Part shown: piece by piece, positions 8,201 through 17,100 of the stretch | Layout of the letters: each line of letters opens with the position of its first letter | Position numbering within the stretch: position 1 is the stretch's first letter | NCBI GenBank assembly: GCA_029548865.1 | Contig: JAKPMO010000002.1 | Location: 128,001 to 192,000 of the forward strand | Length of the DNA stretch: 64,000 nucleotides | Source: Caldisericota bacterium | GTDB taxonomy: Bacteria > Caldisericota > Caldisericia > JAAYUI01 | Reading direction: 5' to 3' | Notes under the pieces: model-generated | What the model saw: the letters and a program-made list of their open reading frames with translations, nothing else | Told to the model about the DNA's origin: nothing | The model's database searches: none | Position numbers and translations under genes: made by a program

Positions 8201-10673
8201 ACCAGTTCTTCCAGAATCTTACCAGATAAGTAAAGCAGTTGCTCTGAGAACTTCACCGCAAATTAGAGTAACAAAGGGAGATTATGGTTCTCAGCTTGTT
8301 TTTACTACCCCAGTAGATATAGCTGTTGACCCAGACAACAACATCCTGACCCCGGATGTTGTAATGACACTCAATAGACCTGGCAGGCAATTTGATGAAA
8401 AGAAAAAGGGTGCTGTTCAAAATCCCAAGAAGGCTGGGTCATATCAATTGTTTGTACAGACTTCCCAGGAACAGACTCCAATCCTTTCAGATCCTTACGA
8501 GATTACGGCCGATAATGATTTGAAATCCATGGAGTTGAAAATCATATCCCCCCAAGTTCCCGCGCCTATTGCTGGCGAGCCGCCATGCTCCTGCAAGGAC
8601 ACTGCCGCAACAGCAGGACAGGCAATCTCGATAGTCGCACAGCTCTCATCAGGCTCGAACGGTGTTCCTGGAGTTTATGTTGGTTTTGAAATTATCAATG
8701 CAGCAGTCAATCCACCTTCAAAATTCAGTTCCTCCTCGCTTGTGCAGACAAACGATCAGGGTCTTGCATCAGTTGTCCTCAACCTTTCTCCCACACCAGG
8801 TGCAACTGAAGTAAAAGTTTATCTGCAAGATGATAAAACAATTTGTTTGTGTGTCAGAATCAACACCGGCCCGCAGGTCCAGGTCGACAAAATCATTTTG
8901 AACCCTGGCCCAAGCATCGCGCTTGCACCTGGCTCACAGCAGATATTTGGAGCAAAGGCATTTGACACAGCTGGCAAGGAGCTTCAGGGCGTAACATTCA
9001 CCTGGGCCGCGGATTGTGGAACAATTACCCCGTCTGGCGTATACAGTGCGCCAACAACTGCTGGCACAACCTGCCATGTCTGGGCAAGGGCCCACGGCAA
9101 GGAAGGCATGACAACAGTCAATGTTGTCAACAGACCAGAGAGAATTATTGTTACCCCGCAAACAGCAACTGTTGCAATGGGCAGCACAAAGGAATTCATG
9201 GCCCAGGCCTACGATGACCTTGGAAACCCGATGAATGTTCCAATAGCCTGGTCTGTAGAACCAGCCGGTCTCGGAATCTTTGATGCAAACGGCAAATTTA
9301 CCGCTGGTGCCATTGCAGGCACTGGAACTGTAAAGGCCTGCTCAGCCGGTGTTTGCGGGACCTCCACAATAACAGTCATGGCATCAGGCCAGATTGAAAC
9401 AGTGACCATTTCCCCAGCCAATATCACAATGAACATGGGTGAAACCCAGGCATTTAAAGCTATCGTCAAAGACAAGAATGGCTTTGAAATCTCCGGTGCC
9501 CCGATTTCATGGTCGGTCAATCCGCCTGACTATGGCACAATCAGCACCAATGGCGTGTTCATTGCCTCAAAGCCAGGCATGTGCGTAATCATCGCCCAGT
9601 CCGGCGACAAGTCTGGAACAGCAATCGTCAACATCGTCCAGGTGACAAGGATTGACCTCACACCGAAGTCAGTAATTATTGCACCGAATACAACCCAGCA
9701 GTTCACGGCCGTTGCTTATGGACAGACTGGCCAGCAAATACCAGGAATCAAATTCAACTGGACAGTAACACCACAAACGCTTGGTGCAATATCAGAGAGC
9801 GGTTTGTTTACTGCTCTTGGTTCACCAGGACAGGCAGGACTCATAACAGTGTCTGCGGCAGGAATGACTGCAACGGCAACTGTTACCATAGGCATCCCGG
9901 ACAACACACCACCAAGAATCACACTTGTGAAGCCAACCATAAATGGTGGAAACTCACCGATTGGCCCGTCAACAGTTGAAGTCAAGGTTGAGGACGAATC
10001 AGGTGTGTCTGAAGTGACGATCAACGGTGTTCCGGCAACCATGAATGCCAACGGCAACTGGGCAGCAAACGTCATCGTCAATCCAGGCAACAACACCTTC
10101 ATGGTCAAGGCAAAAGACAACTCAACCAGCCGCAACGAGGCCACACTTGCAGTCACAATCTATGGCGCAACTGAGTCTAGGATACAAATGAGAATACCGA
10201 CAAACAACCAGGCCGATGTCAAAACTGTTACCATAACTGAAAACAATGTGCCAAGAACTATAACACTCAAGACTTCTCCAGAGCTCTACCAGAACAGCAC
10301 ATTCGTCGGTCTTCGTGATCTTGCCGAAAATCTCTTGGGGGCAACTCCAGAGAAAGGCGGAAGTGTTGCTTACGATGGTGCAACCAGAAAAATTACAATA
10401 ACCATCAAGAGAACCAATGGTGATGTGATGATATTCGAAACAGTTGTTGGGAAGAAGGACTACCAGCTCCAGACAATCCATCCTGATGGTACAAGGGAGA
10501 TCAAGACCGAAGTCATGGCCCAGGCGCCATACATTGGATCTGCCGCAACAAAATCCAGAAAGGTCAACTACAACAGCACAATGGTCCCAATGAGGGGATT
10601 CATTGAAGCACTTGGCGGTACAGTTGACTACAACGATACAACAAGAGCTGCTACCTTCAGTTTCTCAAGGTAA
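5268..10673 (+). CDS. very large secreted modular surface protein (Ca-binding-like repeats, FN3, Ig-like repeats, divergent C-terminal stalk domain)
   Basis: AAGGAG then signal peptide MKRLLSLALVALL; YxDxDxxGxVxxGDxRL repeats; IRVAAVNMYGE FN3 motif; Big_2-like repeats (WSVEP/WSVNP/WTVTP); TFVGLR and TMVPMR..LGGTVDY stalk motifs. Confidence 0.85.
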   Translation: MKRLLSLALVALLFLSIPVVPTFADVSKVKVVPYPRTAGKMASYQIGFNVTRPLEANKDSITVTLPNETTVPEYVSSSVISINPKLQIGADYKLNFATGDITFTNPLREGDMIRASYTYEANEDYTMMPKQADVKFFDRSFPTGDPRSNNGTFDPGEWVYEDRDHNGRISPGDRRLMVVKGVIGGGVPATPGWPDVTGEDAKQNSIVASGDGDCGDCNTTSPSFPLQPLSLIRLTMVDVNEDGIYNEGDYLFDDRDQSGTVSFGDSMLTGIVYFPPLTTVAFNDPDAGGRISTATLQTFSGTNTRHADNGQTPGSYDPGEAIYQDCNSNYLVDAGDVRLSTVAIMSNGAMTYYSILSNVVSGDRDVGTRLMDFKIISGEEEVFLSSDPVYDPGEPIYKNGTGRTTLGTTPVPGDIRLSSWSVAAYMPTSIIGITSTGEADVNNQLVPFNTSQITKAELITLDRTAIGTNFVNYTGADFIRGSNNTEISTPMAGNACPSTFPPTPPTPPNPNPVLDGWMYRDMDGSNDVTPGDVRLTSVEINQGSVLVSYSAGSIVKTGELDAIPLSSTTFPMSLVSPDDSTRFFTTHCSHTENIRIDNTFEPGEYIYDDVDGSGSVSLNDIRLVPVGVTSFGNKSVGNNFPLLGRTLTRGWARIENKIIVPYAQAGTKTAKLDSNSLVILPTLEPPQPPAYIKAEPMTLPGGSTHLTGSGKWFIRVAAVNMYGEGEPSDSMEVNFAQGTQNAVKISWRAVPYAKSYRIYKSRNETYFPSSALLAEINGSSTEYIDRGTVITEGTLAFPYKASFVTLWRGRGGQETELVEFKCADYEIDLATGLIRFRRALKPYEIILANYKYADGKQAMGPGADPCTTVGHKDEDVYVDVQRGIGKLLHAPAINPVIDPLHYCFRLWRAPKIDPANPYLLRAGSDYTINFESGEIRFSSHVVKDGDIITADYDTFEEVAGESLVEAISTGITEARTMAPVLPESYQISKAVALRTSPQIRVTKGDYGSQLVFTTPVDIAVDPDNNILTPDVVMTLNRPGRQFDEKKKGAVQNPKKAGSYQLFVQTSQEQTPILSDPYEITADNDLKSMELKIISPQVPAPIAGEPPCSCKDTAATAGQAISIVAQLSSGSNGVPGVYVGFEIINAAVNPPSKFSSSSLVQTNDQGLASVVLNLSPTPGATEVKVYLQDDKTICLCVRINTGPQVQVDKIILNPGPSIALAPGSQQIFGAKAFDTAGKELQGVTFTWAADCGTITPSGVYSAPTTAGTTCHVWARAHGKEGMTTVNVVNRPERIIVTPQTATVAMGSTKEFMAQAYDDLGNPMNVPIAWSVEPAGLGIFDANGKFTAGAIAGTGTVKACSAGVCGTSTITVMASGQIETVTISPANITMNMGETQAFKAIVKDKNGFEISGAPISWSVNPPDYGTISTNGVFIASKPGMCVIIAQSGDKSGTAIVNIVQVTRIDLTPKSVIIAPNTTQQFTAVAYGQTGQQIPGIKFNWTVTPQTLGAISESGLFTALGSPGQAGLITVSAAGMTATATVTIGIPDNTPPRITLVKPTINGGNSPIGPSTVEVKVEDESGVSEVTINGVPATMNANGNWAANVIVNPGNNTFMVKAKDNSTSRNEATLAVTIYGATESRIQMRIPTNNQADVKTVTITENNVPRTITLKTSPELYQNSTFVGLRDLAENLLGATPEKGGSVAYDGATRKITITIKRTNGDVMIFETVVGKKDYQLQTIHPDGTREIKTEVMAQAPYIGSAATKSRKVNYNSTMVPMRGFIEALGGTVDYNDTTRAATFSFSR

Positions 10674-10702
10674 TCCTGTTGTAAAGTAGTAAAAACAAAA
10701 GC

Positions 10703-10733
10703 AAAAAGCCCCGGGTTTTGCCCGGGGCTTTTT
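10703..10733. terminator. bidirectional intrinsic terminator
   Basis: AAAAAGCCCCGGG-TTTTG-CCCGGGGCTTTTT between convergent genes. Confidence 0.85.
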
Positions 10734-10845
10734 CTATTTCAGGGAGGTATTTTGGGGATTACCAGTGTCTAGTGAATATTGCTGTTCTTTTGCCTACCTA
10801 TTCTCGTGTTGGCATGGATGGTTTGTTTTCTGTGAGGTGTTTTGT

Positions 10846-10877
10846 TTTGAAGTGCCGAAGAACTTCGGCACTTCAAA
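10846..10877. repeat. perfect 15-bp inverted repeat
   Basis: TTTGAAGTGCCGAAG-AA-CTTCGGCACTTCAAA. Confidence 0.85.
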
Positions 10878-10898
10878 CTGCATCCTGTGTTTTACTTT

Positions 10899-13800
10899 TT
10901 ATGGGGCATCGTTACCTACTTTTATGGGGCATTTCGTATATTTGAACTTCTCTTCCGCGATGGTTTGCCTGGTCGACGAGTTAATTGCCTGGATCCTTAT
11001 GTTGTAATCCTCGGCTTCTGCAAAAGGATTGCCCGGGCAAACCCTCTGGAGGTTGAGCTGGATTCTTGATGTTGTGAATTCAAGCGGTTTTGGGGCGTCC
11101 TCAAGGTGTATGACGTATGTTGGTGTAACGCCTTTTGGGAGGTTCTCGACGGAGAGCGTGAAATAAAGGGTAAAGGTGTCACTTGAAATATCTGTTTTTG
11201 TATCGGTTATCTTGATCTTTGCCTGTTTGCTTTCCTGGATGTATGGCCAGGTGTTGCCGTATTTGTCAACAACCTGTATCTGCACCCTATCATCAAGGTT
11301 TCTCAATATTTCAGAGTGCTTAAAAGAAATGGTCCCTTTGACTGGCTTGATCGGGTCTTTTCCGGACACTTTTATTCCATTCAGAAAAATATTGTAGCCT
11401 TTTATGTAACTTTCGGGGATATTTCCAAGCTCGTTTGTTGTCCACTCGACTATTCCCCTCTCAAACTTTGTCTTTATTGGTTCCAGGAGCAGGTAATACT
11501 GGATTTTTGCATGCATCCTCCTTCTATTTCCCTGGTTTATGATCATCTGGTCAAACCCTTTTCTTGTGGAACTGGAAGAGCTGCCAAAATACATTACGCT
11601 CAAGGTTTTTCTGTATGGAAGGGTGCTTTCGTACCTGTCTATTGGTCCACCTGAATTGGCGTAATCATCAGATCTGCTACTCACCAGATCATAAGAGATG
11701 GTCCTCAGACCGTCTTTTGTTTCGCTTGAATCGATGACTAGCAAGCCAGTTTGGGTTATTTGTGCAGATGTGGAGAGAAAAACCCTTTGTGCTGACATGA
11801 CATCTACGTCACCCTCAAAAGTTACCAGTTTTGTCTGTGGGGAAAACTTGTTGTTTGGCTTTATTGTTCCTCCCCTTACTATGTTTGCTTTTATGGTGGC
11901 ATTCATTCCCCATCCACCCAGCGGATTGACCATCAGGTTGTGACAGTAAGTGAAGAAGGCATCTTCAAGGTTTGTGCCAGCCCCGGAAAAGAACCCTGAA
12001 AGTCTGTCAAGGTCAAGCTCTTCTGCTCTGGAATAAATGTTTGTGATTGCTGAATCTCCATACACATTCAGCATCCATTCTACAAAAAGGCCACATGTAT
12101 AGTAACTTCTTGCATTATTTGAATAGAATGTTGTCCAGAGATAGTTTTCATAGTCCATGAAGCCGCTTCTCCCGCCAGTATAATAATCTCTTTTTGCTCC
12201 TTCTGAAACGTTTGTTATGTAAGCAGAGAGCCCCGTGGCAACGGCTTCCACAAACCATCTGTTTGTGCCTGCCCTTCCGTTTGTGTAACGCTGGCCCTGA
12301 AAAACATGTATAAGCTCATGTGTTGCAACCAGCTTCATGTTTTCGTAATCATCCAGATCGTTGCAGCTTATATACATTCTTCTCCTGGTCCCGCCGCCGA
12401 TTGCGGTCTCACCCTGCACCCCTCTTCCACAGTCCATTACTATCACGTCAAATGGTGTTTGAAGCGGCTGGAAAAGACTGTCACCATCAAATTCTGTCAG
12501 CCTTTCGTATGCCTCGTTCAATGCTTTGTCCAGGTCCTCGATATAGTTGTCTGTTGTCGGATCATTGTTTTGCCCTCCGCTGCCTCTGATTTCCCAGGCA
12601 GAATCATCGGGAACCCTGTCCTCGAGGCAACCAAGGCATGGCCTCCCGGCCCTGAAGTATGTGATCCGGAAATTTGAGTCAGGTAATACCGTGTTCACAC
12701 CGCTGTCGAGCCAGTTTTGCTGGTGCTCTGCCCTATACACCCTCGCGTTTTGTGGTGGGGCAGCCTGCATGGTGCCTGATGTGGAGAAAGTCGTTATTGT
12801 TTTTGAGGATTGCCCAAAATTGTCGTTGAAGTAAAGAACACCGGTATCTGGGTCATAATCAAGCGAATCACCGCACTTGACCCATTGCCCTGTCTGCTCG
12901 TCAAGGGATTCTGCCAGGACACGGTCCTTTTTCTGGTTAAACTTGAAACTTGCCTTGATCGCAACACTGAAAGTTCCGGATTTTTCAGCTGAAACCTCAA
13001 CCTTGTACTGCCCTGAGAAATTGTCTTTTGGTGGTGAAACCATTGTTATCGAGGCGCTTGTATTTGCTGATGCAAAATGAGGTGGAAAAGCAACTGATGC
13101 CAATCCATCATCAGAACCCACCGAGCCACCATTTGCAGGAATGAGTTTTCCAAAAAACTTGATAGTGATTGTTTTTGCTTTGGCGTCCCAAATGATTGAA
13201 CATCCGAGATTTTCTGAGACAAATCTGAGCGGCACCATTGTCCTGCCACCAACTATTACAGGTGGCTGGTCAATTGTTATTTCATGGCCTGAGACCCTAG
13301 CTGTATTCTTGCCAATCCAGAGTTCGATTGATATTTCCTCGAGCTTCAGTGTTATTTTTTGTTCTTTGCTGTTCCAGTCGATTGTCCCACCCAGTGTCTC
13401 GATTAGAGACCTGATCGGGAGCATTGTCCTGCCTTTTATGATTATTGGGCCAGTGTTTTTCCCCTTTTCAATTTCCACCGATTTCCCGTTTACAATCATG
13501 GTTGGTTTGCCAATCGTCAGCACTATTGTCTTGGCTTTGCCCCCAGGACCTCCGGAAGGGGGTTGTTCCTTGACTTTGTTTGCAGCAACGAGCGCAAGTC
13601 CACACCCACCAGACTCATCGGTCCATGACCACGTATCTTTATCAGAATCAACAACCTCATATTTTCCGGGTTTAATGACAACATTTGGTTCGACTATCCA
13701 GAAGATCTTTTCTGAACCTTTCACGTCTGGCGGGGCGTATGATTGCCAAGGGCCGTATACGGTTCCGTCTTCATGTTTGAGTGATATCGATCCATAATTT

Positions 13801-14024
13801 TTGGAGCCTTTGCCGTTATTGAAATGTACCGTGCCAATGCCAATGATCTTGTATGATTGGGACGTGCTAAATACTGTTGGTTTTGAGGGACCATTTTTGA
13901 AGTTTGGAGATGAAGTTGTGAAATTGTCAAAAAGGACTATTTCTTCTTCCTCGGCGATAATTTTTCTTGGAGGAAAACCCATAAAAAGGGCGATTACCAA
14001 TAAAATTGATGTTAGTTTTTTCAA
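10899..14024 (-). CDS. secreted stalk-domain protein with gluzincin-type Zn-peptidase domain
   Basis: TTG start after GGAGG; signal peptide; RTMLPIR/RTMVPLRFVSE stalk repeats; ATHELIHVFQ plus downstream WFVEA. Confidence 0.82.
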   Translation of the reverse strand: MKKLTSILLVIALFMGFPPRKIIAEEEEIVLFDNFTTSSPNFKNGPSKPTVFSTSQSYKIIGIGTVHFNNGKGSKNYGSISLKHEDGTVYGPWQSYAPPDVKGSEKIFWIVEPNVVIKPGKYEVVDSDKDTWSWTDESGGCGLALVAANKVKEQPPSGGPGGKAKTIVLTIGKPTMIVNGKSVEIEKGKNTGPIIIKGRTMLPIRSLIETLGGTIDWNSKEQKITLKLEEISIELWIGKNTARVSGHEITIDQPPVIVGGRTMVPLRFVSENLGCSIIWDAKAKTITIKFFGKLIPANGGSVGSDDGLASVAFPPHFASANTSASITMVSPPKDNFSGQYKVEVSAEKSGTFSVAIKASFKFNQKKDRVLAESLDEQTGQWVKCGDSLDYDPDTGVLYFNDNFGQSSKTITTFSTSGTMQAAPPQNARVYRAEHQQNWLDSGVNTVLPDSNFRITYFRAGRPCLGCLEDRVPDDSAWEIRGSGGQNNDPTTDNYIEDLDKALNEAYERLTEFDGDSLFQPLQTPFDVIVMDCGRGVQGETAIGGGTRRRMYISCNDLDDYENMKLVATHELIHVFQGQRYTNGRAGTNRWFVEAVATGLSAYITNVSEGAKRDYYTGGRSGFMDYENYLWTTFYSNNARSYYTCGLFVEWMLNVYGDSAITNIYSRAEELDLDRLSGFFSGAGTNLEDAFFTYCHNLMVNPLGGWGMNATIKANIVRGGTIKPNNKFSPQTKLVTFEGDVDVMSAQRVFLSTSAQITQTGLLVIDSSETKDGLRTISYDLVSSRSDDYANSGGPIDRYESTLPYRKTLSVMYFGSSSSSTRKGFDQMIINQGNRRRMHAKIQYYLLLEPIKTKFERGIVEWTTNELGNIPESYIKGYNIFLNGIKVSGKDPIKPVKGTISFKHSEILRNLDDRVQIQVVDKYGNTWPYIQESKQAKIKITDTKTDISSDTFTLYFTLSVENLPKGVTPTYVIHLEDAPKPLEFTTSRIQLNLQRVCPGNPFAEAEDYNIRIQAINSSTRQTIAEEKFKYTKCPIKVGNDAP

Positions 14025-14109
14025 TTAAAACCTCCTTTTTAAAGATAACAAAATTGAGTTTAGTTTGGTGACTGAATAAAGAAAGAGGCCAGTTTTTAGA
14101 AATTTGAGA

Positions 14110-14146
14110 AATAAAAAAGCCGCCCTAAAAGGGCGGCTTTTTTATT
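14110..14146. terminator. intrinsic terminator (symmetric)
   Basis: AATAAAAAAGCCGCCCT-AAA-AGGGCGGCTTTTTTATT. Confidence 0.85.
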
Positions 14147-14167
14147 GTGTCGGTGATTGATAATTTT

Positions 14168-17100
14168 TTATGGTTTTGGGTAAGTTAGTGTTATCTTCTT
14201 GGCTTTGGATTCGTACTCGACAAGTGCACCGAGGGCATCGCCAACAAACCTCAATGGGAGGAGTGTTTTGCCGCTGACGATTGTCGGATAGAGCTTCTTT
14301 GCTGAATCGATGAAAACTTCCTTGCCATCAATTTTTGCAGTTTTCTTGCCGATCCAGAGCTCAATAACCTTTTTCTTGCCATTGTCAAGTTTTTGGGTGA
14401 GTGTGACTTTTTTGTCCTTGCCGTTCCATCCGACTTCGACATCGAGTGCTTTTGCAACTTCGGCTATTGGCATGAAAGTTGATCCTGCGAGGTCTTTTGG
14501 AAGTGGTGGAGAGGACGCTGTTGGCGCAGTTACAAGTTTTACAGTTTCTCCATTAACAAGCATTGATGCTTTGCCAAGCCAGAGTTCTATCTTGGTGGTT
14601 TTTCCGTTCCCAGCTTTTGGATCATAGGTTACTTTGTATGTGTACTGCCTGCAATTACCGTTCTCATCGCATGCCGAGACTTCTATCTCGTTGAGCCCCT
14701 GTGCAAGCTGGACCTTCTCTGTGAAGAAGAACCTCTTTGTTTCATCATCCGTTATTGGATCTTTCCTGACTTGGACCTGACGACCTGCAACAGTGACTTT
14801 TGCCTTTTCTTCAGTGAACCCCCTGAACTCAACAAAGTTTTGGCCGGTTGTCATGGAGTAGTCCATAGAAAACTGGTCCTCACTTGGCCTGTCGATGATA
14901 AGGTCTGGTGGGGTTGTGTCTAGAACAGCAATTACCATTATTCCATCGCTCTCACCGGTGAAGTTCTGACAGACTATGACGATGTTGTTGAACCCTTCCT
15001 TGAGATTCATTGTGTAATCAAATGTTCCGTCGCTTGCCAGCTGGACTTTGTTTCCACCAACGAAAAGGGTGAGTTGTTTTACACCTTCTTCAGATTCGCA
15101 CTTACCTGAGATTTTGAGCGATTTCTCGGTTGTGGTTATATCGCGATAGTTGATTTGTCCCTGTTCTGACCTTCTCTTGGATTCGGCTTCGTCTGGCCAC
15201 GGGGAGTCCTTCTGGATTGGGGTAATGAGGTGAATAACAGGTGGTCTTGCGTTTTTGCGAATAGAGAGTGTTTCATCCACCGATTTTGTAAGTGCCTTGC
15301 TTCCGGACGCGGAAAGCAGAGTGACATTTTCTAGTCCTATTCTGACGTTGTCGATCTCTATTTTGTCACCGGTTGATTTAAGGGTTATTGCGACAATAGT
15401 GTTTTCGTTCTGATCTGCCACAACGCCTTTTTCCCTCTTGATCCTGATGTTGACCCTGTCAGGTTTGATGTCATATTGCATGTCTGCAATCTCGCCGAAA
15501 CGGGTCATCATCTGTCCGAGAGAAACGTTTGTCACTTCGAGGTACCTGCCATCATAAACAAAATCAAGCCTGGCTTCTTTGAGCTGGATATCGGATGGCT
15601 CAAGATTGATCTTTACCTCAGTCTGGCGGCAGATTTCATTGATTGCGCAGGACGTTATAACTTTGCGCTCTGGTTTGAGTGTCAGGCTGAGCAGTTTTGC
15701 GGTTGCCCTAATGGTAATGTCTTTTTCAATCTTCTCACCCCTGGCGTCAGAACCTGTGGCGAGGATTTTGATTTTATAGCCATCTTCGAAGTATTCGAGC
15801 TGCTCGGAAGACTTGATTGTTACTTTTGTTTCAAATGGCGGAACGCCATTTGGCGGATCAAATTTTGCCTGGAAGTATTTCTGGGATTCCTGTGCAAGCT
15901 GGAGTGTGACTGGATTGTTGTACTCGTTGATTGGGTTTATTGTGAGATTGAATGATGTTTCTGTGGATGGTTCCACTTCAACGAATTTTGTGCTTGAAGA
16001 AATTTCAAAGCTTGGTGGTTTGGCTGGCTCTACCATTAGTTTGAGATCTGAAGAAGAAGATTGTCCAGAAAGATCGTCAGAGACTTCAACACGGAAGAGA
16101 CTTTCGGTGCCTTCAGAGGTTCCTGGCGGGACTTCTACTGAGAGTTCTATGAGTGATGACTGCATTGGGTCAAGTGTTATCCTGCCACCATTTGGTGATG
16201 GAACTTTGTCAACCAGCAGCGAGTTCTCCCAGTTCTGGCCGCCAAGATGTGTCATCTGGATGCCGAAATCCATGAATATGTTTCCGGTATTTGTAAGGAT
16301 ATACTTGAAGTTTGCCCTAGAACCTGCCTGGACTGAGGTTTGCTGACCGTTGACCTGCTTGAATGTGTAAGAGGTGAGGAGTGGCTGAGCGAGATCGACC
16401 ATTGTGCTCTGGAGGATTTCTTTCTTTGTGTTGTCTTGTATCCAGGCGACTACGTAACAATTTTTTGTGAGGGTCTTCCAGTCATAATTCTTGCCTGGCA
16501 TTTCAAAGTGTATGCGACGTTTTGTTATTGTTCCTGGTGCAAGGCTAATTGGATCTCCGAGTGCCTCATCCTTTGGTGATTTTTTTTGCCCTTTCTCATA
16601 GAGGAACTTCATTACTGTGAGGCTGTGCTCTCTCTCGCCATTTGTTGCCTCGAAAAGAACGTTGTTTTCCACAAGCACAAAATACACATTCAAATCTTTG
16701 TATGCTGAAACATCGCTCAAGGTGTTGATTTCGAGGTAGGCGTCACCCTCATCACCATCGACTGTTGCCTGAAGGAACAACGAAAGTGGCGAAGTCATGT
16801 GTCTGTAGGTTTCGGTTCTCTGTTTGAAACGAAGATAGCTGAATGATGTTCCTGACATTTTCCTGTCTGGAAGCCTGTCTGGTGGTGGGGCCTGGCGTTC
16901 AAATGGTTTGTCACCTTCGGAGAAGTTCCATACACCGTTAAACATTGTGGTTGGGAGGCCTTCCTGTGTGTACCAGCGATAACGATAATGATGTGATTCC
17001 TGGGTCATTCCAGAATTGTCATTTGGTGCGTCGCAATAGTATGCAAGAGGAATTATTTCTGCATAACCATACTCTTCAGCCATTCTATATTGGCCTTCCC

